A program made the translations under genes and the position numbers. Of a stretch of 64,000 bases of DNA, positions 52,976-62,703 are shown one piece after another; the first letter of the stretch is position 1; every line of letters begins with the position of its first letter. The notes under the pieces were generated by a model that searched no databases, was not told where the DNA came from, and worked only from the letters and a program-made list of their open reading frames with translations. The stretch is from IMG/VR virus record IMGVR_UViG_3300022752_000020, positions 32,001-96,000 of that record; one strand, 5' to 3'. Origin of the DNA: a virus.

Positions 52976-54013
52976 TTACTTGGCTCTTTTTGGTGCGCCG
53001 TTTAGTGGACTCTTTGTGTTTAGTCCACCAACTTGACCTGCTGCGCCGCCTGTACCTGCACCCCAAGCTTTACCTTCTGCTTCACCTTTCTTCTCTGCAC
53101 CGTGTCCAGGCTCTTTCTTCTTAAAGCCTGTCTTACCAGCATTGCCACCTGGCTTGTTTACATTGCCAAAATCTTCAATTTGTGGCTTGCTTTGTTTAAA
53201 CACACCGTTACCTTGTATAGTACGTCCTGCACCTACTTCTACAGGAGCAGCACCATTACGGCCACTTAGAATGTTTTGATTTGTACCACCCATGTCATTT
53301 TTCATGTTGTCGATGATACTTTTTGTGTTAACACCATCATCACCCATTTTACCCCAGGTGTTATAGTTACCACCACCTACTTTCTCTACATATTCACGGA
53401 TGAAGTCTTCATCACTGCGTGACTCTTCTTCCTCTTCTTCCTCTTCCTCTTCTTCACTACGCTTTTCAAAGTACATACTGTCTTTTGTAGGTTCTTCTTC
53501 ACCGCCCATGTCATCGCCGCCCATGCCCATGTCATCGCCGCCCATGCCCATGTCGTCGCCTTCTTCACCACCTTCATCACCCATTAGACTTTCAAACTCG
53601 TCTCTTAGTGCTTCAAGTTCTGATTCTAGATCGTCCAAACGGTCACCAAGTTCTTCTTCTCCACCAGCACCCATGTCCATGTCGCCGCCCATTTCATCGT
53701 CGCCGCCCATGTCCAACTCATCACCACCTTCATCACCAACGTCACCTAGCATGTCGTCGGATGAATCACCACCGAAGGCTTCCATACCTGGCTCTGTTGG
53801 CTCAGGTAACATACCCATGTTTTCTTCGACATCGTCCTCATCGTCATCACGTGACTCTTCGGTTTCCTCTTCTTCGAAATCATCGGCTAATAAATTCTCG
53901 TAAATCTCGCGGCTTTTAGCCACGACTATATCATGAAATAACTCTCGTGCTCGTGCTTCCTCATCGTTAATAAGGTACTCAAGCATCTGTTCGAACTTTG
54001 AACGATCTCCCAT
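52976..54013 (-). CDS. Acidic low-complexity prohead core-like protein (345 aa)
   Basis: Very D/E/G/M-rich with a basic C-terminus; position equivalent to T4 gp67/gp68; SD AGGAG and TAAATA at 54048-54053. Confidence 0.6.
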   Translation of the reverse strand: MGDRSKFEQMLEYLINDEEARARELFHDIVVAKSREIYENLLADDFEEEETEESRDDDEDDVEENMGMLPEPTEPGMEAFGGDSSDDMLGDVGDEGGDELDMGGDDEMGGDMDMGAGGEEELGDRLDDLESELEALRDEFESLMGDEGGEEGDDMGMGGDDMGMGGDDMGGEEEPTKDSMYFEKRSEEEEEEEEEEESRSDEDFIREYVEKVGGGNYNTWGKMGDDGVNTKSIIDNMKNDMGGTNQNILSGRNGAAPVEVGAGRTIQGNGVFKQSKPQIEDFGNVNKPGGNAGKTGFKKKEPGHGAEKKGEAEGKAWGAGTGGAAGQVGGLNTKSPLNGAPKRAK

Positions 54014-54090
54014 TTTGGTCTCCTATAGGTTATGAGCTGTCAAGTATTATTTACATATAACTGTAAAAAAGGGTGTCTAATGGCTAAAAT

Positions 54091-54702
54091 TTAACGTATT
54101 TTATCCCATGTTGATATCATTTTTCTAAAATCTTCGTATAGTATTTGGTAATAGTTATCATATGTCCATTTGGTCTCAAAGAAATTTGGAATAGTCACTC
54201 TAAAATATTTGATATGCGTATTTTCTTTAATAATATTTTCTGTTTGTTTGAGCCAATTGCCATAGAATGTAGCGGCATGATCAGCAGGTCTATAGTTAAT
54301 TGTGCCTGCAAATACGTTATTAATTTTACCATCAATGCCTTCAAAATCAAACCCAAATATATAGACTTCATCAGGACAATGAGTCTTACTTAGATACAAG
54401 GCAGTGGGACCACTACTATAGCCTAAAGCTGGATCTATATAGTTTAAATTTTGATATTTTAAGGTTTTTTGAGTTATATATGTATAGACATTATGATCCT
54501 GCATATAGCCAGTGTTATGCAATTCTTCTAACATTTTTTTATCAACGGCTATGAGGTAATCAGGCTTATAAACCCTATAAACAGCATTACATGCATATAT
54601 TGTTCCATAGGGCTTAACTTCATCAAAATCTATATTTAGGCGTGTTTTTCCGTTGCCAAATATAAAATGTCGTATTACATTGGCTTTCTTCGACACATCC
54701 AT
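54091..54702 (-). CDS. MptE/Maf (DUF115)- or sialyltransferase-like Rossmann protein
   Basis: FIFGNGKT, IYACN, PDYLIAVD, YSSGPTA, VYIFGFD motif order. Confidence 0.55.
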   Translation of the reverse strand: MDVSKKANVIRHFIFGNGKTRLNIDFDEVKPYGTIYACNAVYRVYKPDYLIAVDKKMLEELHNTGYMQDHNVYTYITQKTLKYQNLNYIDPALGYSSGPTALYLSKTHCPDEVYIFGFDFEGIDGKINNVFAGTINYRPADHAATFYGNWLKQTENIIKENTHIKYFRVTIPNFFETKWTYDNYYQILYEDFRKMISTWDKIR

Positions 54703-55271
54703 GCTACGTTTTGAAACTCATCATACATATAATCTTCTAGTTTATTTCTATCAATTGTTTCTTGTATGTCAGCATCTACTATCTCACACCAATTCCAGAT
54801 ACGACGATTAATATTTTGTTCAAAAATATCTCTATCTTTACAATAATCATGGGCCATGATGAAATCACCGGGCTTTAAATAATCTGTAAGTAAATTTACT
54901 TCCATTTGCTTTAATCCACCGTCGCAGAGTAAAACAGTGGTGCCACTACGCTGTAGATTAGCTATAATTTCTTCTTTATTATCTGGTCTTAGATTCATGT
55001 AATCATCAGTAAAAAGATTACATATTCTAACATTAATACCTTCATTACTTAACATTACATACCAACCTTGTGGATATAGTTCATAACTGATCATTTCATA
55101 TTCATGACCAACTTCTTTTAAAAGTCTGTTTAGTGCCAAGCTAGTAGCACCTTGAGCTATACCAATTTCTATAACTGTTGTGGGCTTTATTTTATGAAAA
55201 AAATCCCTAAAAACTTCCTGAAATCTATAATGTTGCTGGCACACTAGGCCATCAATTGGTGGATGTTCCAT
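54675..55271 (-). CDS. Class I SAM-dependent methyltransferase (CmcI/Methyltransf_24-like)
   Basis: KPTTVIEIGIAQGAT (motif I), LLCDGG, LKPGDFIMAHD. Confidence 0.7.
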   Translation of the reverse strand: MEHPPIDGLVCQQHYRFQEVFRDFFHKIKPTTVIEIGIAQGATSLALNRLLKEVGHEYEMISYELYPQGWYVMLSNEGINVRICNLFTDDYMNLRPDNKEEIIANLQRSGTTVLLCDGGLKQMEVNLLTDYLKPGDFIMAHDYCKDRDIFEQNINRRIWNWCEIVDADIQETIDRNKLEDYMYDEFQNVAWMCRRKPM

Positions 55272-55290
55272 ATTATTCCTTTATAAATGA

Positions 55291-55533
55291 TTAGGCAGCA
55301 GGCTGTGCAGGTTCAGTGCCGTACATTTTTTGAACAAACTCCATTTCTTCTTCTGTTTCTAAAATGTGTGCTTCCGAAGCCTTACGTAAATCATTTATCT
55401 GTTTCAGGGTTAACCTAGTTTTTCTTTGGTCTGTACGCATTAGTTCATCAAGATCCCGTGCAGAATCAAATCTGAAATCATTCACAATCTTATTTGTTTC
55501 TGTATTAAGGTAAAATAGTTCTCGAAGTATCAT
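55291..55533 (-). CDS. Small head-module protein (80 aa)
   Basis: Directly after the portal gene; MILRELF start and RKTRLTLKQIN; TAAATA 4 nt before the ATG. Confidence 0.7.
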   Translation of the reverse strand: MILRELFYLNTETNKIVNDFRFDSARDLDELMRTDQRKTRLTLKQINDLRKASEAHILETEEEMEFVQKMYGTEPAQPAA

Positions 55534-55544
55534 AGTGTATTTAT

Positions 55545-57269
55545 TTACATTGGAGCCTGTACTGGAGGTGTTGCTCCCATACCTGTATCCATACCCGGTG
55601 GCATAGCTCCTTGCTGTGTCATATCTTCTGGTGCAGTAGTATCGCTGCTCATCTCTAAATCGCTGTCAATTCCTGCTGCACTAATGCCTGCACCGCGTAA
55701 TTCTCCGCTGGAATCAGTACCTGTGATAGGTGCCATGCCCTTCTCTTGACGCCATAGATTTTCGTTTTCTGCCATCTCTTCTTCACTTAAACCTAGGAAT
55801 CTCTTTAGGGCAAAACGCTTACTGATATAAGGAACTTGTTGTATGGTATTAAATGTATTGATCCTCTGTCCATCCATCTCACTTTGACGATAAGCAGCAA
55901 AGTTTAATGGTGCTTGAAATTTTAACTCAAACAAACTTGTGTCAATGTTTACACCTTTACTATAGAGGAACCTCTTAAATTCCTCATCAAAAACACTGGT
56001 TAACAATGTTTGTAGTCTCATACAATAATTATTAAAACGTAGTTCTTGTATATAGGCTGTACCTACACGACCATCGTTATATTGCTGTTGTCCATCATCT
56101 GGACCGCTGGGAAGATAGCTACTCGGTATACGCAAAGCTCTAAATAATTTGTTTGTAAAATATCTTAAATCGTCAATTTCACCAAGATTTTGACCGCCTG
56201 CTAGTGTTTCTACCTTACTGCCTCTACCGCCTTCAGTCTGCGGGAAGAAATAGTCTTCACCAATACTCAATGGGTTGTAAGCACTATCAATAATGTTCAT
56301 ACCACCGCCATTTTGACTAGGAATACGACGTTGATGTATTTCATTTTTAACACGCTCTACAAAGCTCATAGCCATATGACTGGGCATATTTCCCACATCA
56401 ATATAGAAAATTCTACGCTCTGGAGCACGTTGTATACGATAGATTAAAATAGCATCTTCTAATAATTCTTTTTGTTTATAAACTTTAAAAACTTGTTCAA
56501 GTAGACTAGTACCAAATGGATAATTGTTGTCAAGACCTTCACTTAAACTCAAATGTATAACGTGAGCAGCATCAATGGCCATCTCATTTTCGTTGATACT
56601 AAAGCGATCTCCGTACTGACTAGGATATGCACCTGTAGCACCACGAGCCATACCTCCACCTGCTACATAATTACTACCTCTATTGTTAGTTTGATATGGA
56701 CTTAATTGAATTTGAGTAGCTACTAAATGTGTAAAATTAGGATTTAAATCTCTAATTACATATTGTTCAGGCTTTTTACCTTCACTTTCATTAACAATTA
56801 CCTTGACTAATTTACTGGGGTCTATGTAAAACCATTTCTGTGTTTCTGGATCACGAATAAAAAAACTATCACCAAATTTAAAAGTATTTCGTACCATACG
56901 AAAAAATCTTACATCAAATTGTTGTAGTTTGAACCATTGCTGTAAGTATTCTCTGAGCACACGAATTTCTGTATTTGTGGCACGATCCTTAAAACTTAGA
57001 CTAAAAGTTGTATTATTTTCTTTATTTTTTTGTGTACAAAATTCTGCAAGTATATCCAATGCTGCATTAACTTCTGGATCCATGTCCATGGTCTCATATT
57101 GCATATATCTTTCAATACGATTTGGACTACCGGTGTAGATATCAGGTAGATAACTGCTATAATTACTACGAGCAGGTCCTGGCTTATTACCTGAATTCAT
57201 ACCATTAATCACGCTAAGGCCTGATTGATTACTGGTATCAACAGGTGTAAAGTATCTACGCCAACTCAT
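55545..57269 (-). CDS. gp20: Portal vertex protein, T4 gp20-like
   Basis: LLEDAILIYRIQRAPERRIFYIDVGNMP, EDYFFP, GRGSKVETLAGGQNLGEIDDLRYF, LRIPSSYL. Confidence 0.96.
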   Translation of the reverse strand: MSWRRYFTPVDTSNQSGLSVINGMNSGNKPGPARSNYSSYLPDIYTGSPNRIERYMQYETMDMDPEVNAALDILAEFCTQKNKENNTTFSLSFKDRATNTEIRVLREYLQQWFKLQQFDVRFFRMVRNTFKFGDSFFIRDPETQKWFYIDPSKLVKVIVNESEGKKPEQYVIRDLNPNFTHLVATQIQLSPYQTNNRGSNYVAGGGMARGATGAYPSQYGDRFSINENEMAIDAAHVIHLSLSEGLDNNYPFGTSLLEQVFKVYKQKELLEDAILIYRIQRAPERRIFYIDVGNMPSHMAMSFVERVKNEIHQRRIPSQNGGGMNIIDSAYNPLSIGEDYFFPQTEGGRGSKVETLAGGQNLGEIDDLRYFTNKLFRALRIPSSYLPSGPDDGQQQYNDGRVGTAYIQELRFNNYCMRLQTLLTSVFDEEFKRFLYSKGVNIDTSLFELKFQAPLNFAAYRQSEMDGQRINTFNTIQQVPYISKRFALKRFLGLSEEEMAENENLWRQEKGMAPITGTDSSGELRGAGISAAGIDSDLEMSSDTTAPEDMTQQGAMPPGMDTGMGATPPVQAPM

Positions 57270-57272
57270 ATG

Positions 57273-60200
57273 TTATGCCCTATTATAAAGATTGCCGTTA
57301 TTGGCTTTTACTGCACTTACCTGTGCTCTACCAGTCTCTTCAACCTTATTGATTAGTTTATTCATGCTACTATTTAATGATTCTAAAGTTTTAACTACAT
57401 CATCAAGAGTTTTAGTTGCTTGCTTTTCTGTACCAGTTGTACTAGTTTTCTTATCATCATTCTTTTTAGAATCTTCTTTGTCCTTATCCTCTTTCTTGGC
57501 GTCATTTTGTCTTTGTAATCTTCTTGTTTCAGCATCGCTTTGATTTTCTATAGTTTTAGCTTGACTTCTTGGCTTGGGTATAGGTAGTCCATCAGGACCC
57601 ATAGTAAAGTCGCCCATACTTAATGGTGCTACATCTGCTTGTCCCTCCTGTTCTGCTGCCTTGGGATTAGATTCACCAAAATCTACAAAATTGTTGCTCA
57701 TGGCCAAAGGTTCAGCTGCATCAAAACCTGCTACACTGGCATCACCAGGATCTGTTCCACCTATTAGATCGTTACCTGCACCATATTCATCTTCCTCAAA
57801 GCTACGATCTAGTTCTCCACCAATAGCTTCACCACCTTCACCATATTCATCTTCCTCAAATTCTTTCAACCCTGATACTTGATCTTTAAACTCTTTTAAT
57901 GCAAGTCCTATATAATCTTCTTCTGGCTCTTTAGGTAGCACTATGTCCTCACCACCTTCACCATATTCATCTTCCTCAAACTCGCCACGCTCTGGCATGT
58001 CAAACATTTCATTGAGCTCTTGCATCATAGAATCTTGTGCATCAGATATAACTTGTGATGGCATGTCAAACATTTCATTGAGCTCTTGCATCATAGAATC
58101 TTGTGCATCAGATATAACTTGTGATGGCATGTCAAACATTTCATTGAGCTCTTGCATCATAGAATCTTGTGCATCAGATATAACTTGTGATGGCATGTCA
58201 AACATTTCATTGAGCTCTTTCATCATAGAATCTTGTGCGTCAGATATAACTTGTGATGGCATGTCAAACATTTCATTGAGCTCTTGCATCATAGAATCTT
58301 GTGCATCAGATATAACTTGTGATGGCATGTCAAACATTTCATTAGTTTCTTGCATCATAGAATCTTGTGCATCAGATATAACTTGTGATGGCATGTCAAA
58401 CATTTCATTGAGCTCTTTCATCATAGAATCTTGTGCATCAGATATAACTTGTGATGGCATGTCAAACATTTCATTAGTTTCTTGCATCATAGAATCTTGT
58501 GCATCAGATATAACTTGTGATGGCATGTCAAACATTTCATTGAGCTCTTTCATCATAGAATCTTGTGCGTCAGATATAACTTGTGATGGCATGTCAAACA
58601 TTTCATTAATTTCTTGCATAAATGCTGATTGTGCAGCCACAGCAGCATCAGTCATTCCACCTACACTTTCTATTTGTGCCTCATTAGCTTTTTCTGTTTG
58701 TTCTAAAATTTTATTATCAGATTCTTTTTTAGCTATCCCAAGTGCTTCATCTAATTCTTTTTGTTGTTCTAGATTAGATTTAAGATTATTCTGAGCTCTT
58801 ATTACACCGTTTTCCGCCAACTTCAACTGTGCCTGCTCTTCTTCTGTCAGTGCTCTTTCATTAGCTAGAGCTTTTAGTCCGTCTACTTCACCTTGACGCT
58901 CTAATAGTCTTTCTTCAATTTCTGTTCTTCTCTCTGCCAATTTGTTCATTTCTTCAGTCTTGTCTCTTATACCTTGAACTGGCAGTGCTTCCTTCATATC
59001 CTCTTTGATTTTTTCACTATTAGACTTAACTTCTACCTTAGCATCAGTTAATGGCGCCACTATTAGCTTGCCCATATCTTTACTGATATTTTCAGCTTCC
59101 CTATAAGCCTGTTTCATTTCTTGATTGGCTTTTTTAAATGCTTCACTGCCTTCAATTTCTTCTTTGCTCTTGCCTTCTCTCTGCCCTTTAGCCATCATAG
59201 TGTCCATAGCTGCGCTTGCTTGATCTCCTCGTTCAGTGGCAGCTTCTTTGGCCTTGGCTAAATCGTTTATTTTTGCCTGTCTCTCCATTTGGCGTTGATA
59301 GAGTTCTTCTCGTTTCTTCTCCTGCTCTGCTTCTTCGGCATTACGACGAACTATATTATCCCCGCCACCAGTTACATTCTGTGTTTCAGTGATCATAGTC
59401 TCGGCATTTTTTAGTTTCATTCCTGTGGATTCTTCTATCTTAGGTACTGGCATTGTACCCTGTAGATCCTTAACCATATCCATGGCTTTTTGTGTATCAA
59501 ACTTTCCGTTGAATAACTCTCTTAACTTTTTCTCTTCATTCTCTAGTTTCTTAATTACTGCTTGACCTTCTGGACTATTTGGATCAACATCTTTACCATC
59601 TATAGTGACCTTCGTATTACTCTTTTTATTTTCTATAGCATTATCTACAGCACGTACACTAGCTTGGGTAGGAATTTGATTATTGAGATCTCTTTGTTTT
59701 TCCTCCCACATTTTCCTAGCTTCTGCTTCTGAAATTTTTGGAGTTTCAGATTTCTTATCTTCAGCTTTTTTGTCTTCAGCTTTTTTGTCTTCAGCTTTTT
59801 TGTCTTCAGCTTTCTTTTCAGTTGCAACTTGTACTTGTCCAAAGTTTTTAGGCCAATTAATGATTTCAACTTTGCTAGTGGTTGTTGCAATATCTTTAGC
59901 AATTTTTTGTAGATCAATTCCTGGAAGCTTTGTAGCATCACTAGTTCTAGATCCTTGTGCAGCTACCACTCTGTTCAACACATCACCTATAGCTTCTGTC
60001 CTTACATTTTGTATTAGATTTTTCTGTTGCTCAGGTGTCAGTACCATTTCACCTTTGTGTAATAAGGCCATTACATCTTTTGTTTCTATGGCTCTACCAG
60101 TTTCACCTAAAGTACCGCCAGCACGACCAGTTTCTTCTTTGGTAACCTTTAGAGTACCTACATTCATTATACCCACTTTTGCATCTTGTAGTGCTCCTTG

Positions 60201-61586
60201 TATAGCGGGTATAATGCCCTTATCATAGGCAGTAGTGACTGCTTTGGCAGTTCCTTGTGCTAGGCCTGTACCTATATCAGTAAACATTCCTACTGTACCT
60301 TCCAGTCGATCTTGTCTAGTAGCTGGACTGAATTTGCCCTTTTCTGCATCCTTCTCCTGCTGTATTCTAGCCTGATTATACCTTCTAGCAATGTCTTCAG
60401 GGTTATCCCCTGCCTTGGTCATGAGCATTGATTCACTTAATCTTCTACCTGCTTTGTCAATGTCACCGCCTTTTCTATTCAGTTCTCCTAAAGTTCTAGT
60501 AGATGCAGCAGCATTTAAATCATCTATAACAATGCCTAAAGTTCTTATACTTTGAGTAATACCTGAACGTGCCTTTTGTTCTTCTTGTATGGCTGCTACT
60601 TGTTTTTTCATAGCAGCTTCAACATCTCCGCTACCTTTGGCAACATTTTGCATACCATGATAGGCAGTGTCATTAGCCTTCATCAAATTTCTACTGGCTT
60701 CACCTGCTTCGCCGCCTGCATAGATTGATGTTTGTAAAAATGCTTTATCCTTTTGCAACTTCATAGCTTCAATACTAGCACGCTCTGTATAAACTTTTGC
60801 TAGTTCTGTATTACCTCGACTGAGCTCTGTAGCACTTTTAGCAGCATTCATACCTGCCTGACCATACATGCCCATCTGTGTCTGAGCACTTTTACTCATG
60901 GCTGTACCAGTGGCAAAATACTCCTTATATAGGTCTCCCATGCCCTTAGCAGCCATTTGAGCATAGTTATTTTTAAATTGATCTCTTGCTCTTTTCTCTG
61001 CTTCTTCACCTTGTTCCAGACCAATTAGTCTAAACTTGGCCTCTAACTTCATATCAGCTTGAGCTTTTTTGAGGTTGTCTTCTTGTTCCTTACGACTTAC
61101 ACCTGTTAATTGTGTTAACTGATCTAATTCTAATGCAAATTGAGCAGCACTGGCCGCTGCCTTAGCCTGACCTTCTTTGGTATTTTCAAATGTACTTTTT
61201 TGAAATCCTACAGTAAGAGCTAAAACTTCATTAAGTTCACCAGTAGTAAAACCCATTTGACGTAGGTTTTCTGTGAGACCACTACTATGATATACCTTGG
61301 CTAGATCTGAGAATACTTGAGTACCTTTGCTAACACTACCGCCCAAGGTGCCCATGATATCATTATTACTTTGTAGTAATTCAGCAAACTTTTCAATAGG
61401 CATGCGAGCATTGGTAGCTGCCATCTGCATCTTGATCATATCATTGCCAAAGGTATTACCCGTGACACTGAGCTGCTCAAAGGTTTGATTCATCCTCTCA
61501 ATAGGTGTTTTAGCCTTTTCAACAGTTTGACCAAACTTTCTAACACTATCTACAGCACTACCTAACATACCCTTTTCATCTGCCAT
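57273..61586 (-). CDS. Tape-measure-like protein (1437 aa)
   Basis: Ala/Gln/Glu/Lys-rich helical N-terminal half, ALLHKGEMVLTPEQ motif seen in tape-measure C-terminal regions, 22-aa repeats, adjacent to a chaperone-like gene. Confidence 0.65.
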   Translation of the reverse strand: MADEKGMLGSAVDSVRKFGQTVEKAKTPIERMNQTFEQLSVTGNTFGNDMIKMQMAATNARMPIEKFAELLQSNNDIMGTLGGSVSKGTQVFSDLAKVYHSSGLTENLRQMGFTTGELNEVLALTVGFQKSTFENTKEGQAKAAASAAQFALELDQLTQLTGVSRKEQEDNLKKAQADMKLEAKFRLIGLEQGEEAEKRARDQFKNNYAQMAAKGMGDLYKEYFATGTAMSKSAQTQMGMYGQAGMNAAKSATELSRGNTELAKVYTERASIEAMKLQKDKAFLQTSIYAGGEAGEASRNLMKANDTAYHGMQNVAKGSGDVEAAMKKQVAAIQEEQKARSGITQSIRTLGIVIDDLNAAASTRTLGELNRKGGDIDKAGRRLSESMLMTKAGDNPEDIARRYNQARIQQEKDAEKGKFSPATRQDRLEGTVGMFTDIGTGLAQGTAKAVTTAYDKGIIPAIQGALQDAKVGIMNVGTLKVTKEETGRAGGTLGETGRAIETKDVMALLHKGEMVLTPEQQKNLIQNVRTEAIGDVLNRVVAAQGSRTSDATKLPGIDLQKIAKDIATTTSKVEIINWPKNFGQVQVATEKKAEDKKAEDKKAEDKKAEDKKSETPKISEAEARKMWEEKQRDLNNQIPTQASVRAVDNAIENKKSNTKVTIDGKDVDPNSPEGQAVIKKLENEEKKLRELFNGKFDTQKAMDMVKDLQGTMPVPKIEESTGMKLKNAETMITETQNVTGGGDNIVRRNAEEAEQEKKREELYQRQMERQAKINDLAKAKEAATERGDQASAAMDTMMAKGQREGKSKEEIEGSEAFKKANQEMKQAYREAENISKDMGKLIVAPLTDAKVEVKSNSEKIKEDMKEALPVQGIRDKTEEMNKLAERRTEIEERLLERQGEVDGLKALANERALTEEEQAQLKLAENGVIRAQNNLKSNLEQQKELDEALGIAKKESDNKILEQTEKANEAQIESVGGMTDAAVAAQSAFMQEINEMFDMPSQVISDAQDSMMKELNEMFDMPSQVISDAQDSMMQETNEMFDMPSQVISDAQDSMMKELNEMFDMPSQVISDAQDSMMQETNEMFDMPSQVISDAQDSMMQELNEMFDMPSQVISDAQDSMMKELNEMFDMPSQVISDAQDSMMQELNEMFDMPSQVISDAQDSMMQELNEMFDMPSQVISDAQDSMMQELNEMFDMPERGEFEEDEYGEGGEDIVLPKEPEEDYIGLALKEFKDQVSGLKEFEEDEYGEGGEAIGGELDRSFEEDEYGAGNDLIGGTDPGDASVAGFDAAEPLAMSNNFVDFGESNPKAAEQEGQADVAPLSMGDFTMGPDGLPIPKPRSQAKTIENQSDAETRRLQRQNDAKKEDKDKEDSKKNDDKKTSTTGTEKQATKTLDDVVKTLESLNSSMNKLINKVEETGRAQVSAVKANNGNLYNRA
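57993..58619 (-). repeat. About 9.5 near-perfect 66-bp tandem repeats (MFDMPSQVISDAQDSMMQELNE)
   Basis: Unit tggcatgtcaaacatttcattgagctcttgcatcatagaatcttgtgcatcagatataacttgtga; no spacers. Confidence 0.97.
59752..59816 (-). repeat. Four 15-bp repeats (KKAED)
   Basis: tcttcagcttttttg units. Confidence 0.9.
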
Positions 61587-61610
61587 ATTTTTTCTCGTAA
61601 AATAAACACA

Positions 61611-61634
61611 TATAAATATGTTTCTATATATTTA
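61611..61634. promoter_or_regulatory. Face-to-face late promoter cores: TATAAATA (+, 61611-61618) and TAAATA (-, 61629-61634)
   Basis: Both lie in the 56-bp divergent gap between the tape-measure-like and gp26-like genes. Confidence 0.6.
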
Positions 61635-61642
61635 TTGGAGCT

Positions 61643-62482
61643 GTGATGACTGGAAATCCCTTACAAAAATACTTTCGTCAACCTAAAATCTTCATTGATT
61701 TACCCAGCAAAGGACGCTATTATGACCCTAATAGTTTAGATAAAAAGAATGATCAATTACCTATTTTTGGTATGACAGGTATGGATGAGATCATAATGAA
61801 AACTCCAGATGCTTTGTTTAGCGGTGAAGCCACAGTAAAAGTTATTGAAAGTTGCTGCCCCGCTATAAAAGATGCTTGGAAAATGCCCAGTATTGATGTA
61901 GATTGTCTATTAGTCAGTATAAGAATTGCAACATTTGGATCAAATATGAATGTGACTCATAGATGCCCAGCTTGTCAAAGTTATAACGATTATGAAATTG
62001 ATCTAAGCAAAGTATTAAGTTATCTAGGCTCACAAGAATATGACAGTGTTATAGACTGTGGTGATCTAAAAATTGTTATACGTCCTTTACGCTACGAAGA
62101 AATTACTCGATTTAACATAGAAAACTATAAGCTACAAAGAATGTTAGGTCAACTCAGTAAGATGGAAACACAGGGTGATGATGACGGTAGTATACGTAGT
62201 CAAAACGAAGTTTATCAAAAAATCAGTGACATGCAACTAAACTTGTTTCAAATCAGTGTGGAAAAAATTATTACACCAGAAGGTGAAGTCACCGACAAAA
62301 ACTTTATTGCCGAATGGATTCAAAATAGTGACAAAGAATATTTTAAATTTATTAAGAAAAAACTAGAAAGTAATAAAGCACAATGGGACGTGCCCAGTCA
62401 AGATGTTGTATGTCCTGAATGTGAACATGCCAGTAAGGTAGTTGTTACTATGGATCAAACAAGTTTTTTCGAAAAAGGCTAA
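61643..62482 (+). CDS. T4 gp26-like baseplate hub assembly/tail chaperone protein
   Basis: IDLPSKG, IDVDCLLVSIRIATFG, CPAC and CPEC zinc pairs, C-terminal SFF; SD GGAG (start may be the ATG at 61646). Confidence 0.75.
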   Translation: MMTGNPLQKYFRQPKIFIDLPSKGRYYDPNSLDKKNDQLPIFGMTGMDEIIMKTPDALFSGEATVKVIESCCPAIKDAWKMPSIDVDCLLVSIRIATFGSNMNVTHRCPACQSYNDYEIDLSKVLSYLGSQEYDSVIDCGDLKIVIRPLRYEEITRFNIENYKLQRMLGQLSKMETQGDDDGSIRSQNEVYQKISDMQLNLFQISVEKIITPEGEVTDKNFIAEWIQNSDKEYFKFIKKKLESNKAQWDVPSQDVVCPECEHASKVVVTMDQTSFFEKG

Positions 62483-62703
62483 TAACAATACCGGATTCTG
62501 ACTTAGAAGATTTCCTAAATAGCTACGATCTACACTGTAAACAAATTAAAGATGATATCTTTACCATAAGCTGGTATATGCGTGGTGGTGTCACAGCCAA
62601 CGACTTATTTCATATCTATAGCTATGAAGATCGTAATATTATGAATGGTATAATCAAAAATAATATAGAACTTACTAAGAAAAGCGGTTTACCTTTGATG
62701 TGA
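62464..62703 (+). CDS. Start-less ORF in the -1 frame; probable frameshift extension of the gp26-like gene (gp51/gpT-like)
   Basis: Open from 62437 to TGA at 62701-62703: FFRKRLITIPDSDLEDFLNSYDLHCKQIKDDIFTISWYMRGGV..KKSGLPLM. No ATG/GTG/TTG until 62578. Slippery T TTT TTC at 62464-62470. Confidence 0.65.
   Translation, partial: FFRKRLITIPDSDLEDFLNSYDLHCKQIKDDIFTISWYMRGGVTANDLFHIYSYEDRNIMNGIIKNNIELTKKSGLPLM

Noticed and set aside
57993-58619. Possible CRISPR array
   Set aside because: Units are contiguous with no unique spacers, are a multiple of 3 and lie in frame in a CDS.
15798-60228. Plus-strand ORFs within the structural genes (e.g. 41576..42310, 53400..53903, 57943..58794)
   Set aside because: They are antisense to well-supported genes and explained by codon bias or repeats.
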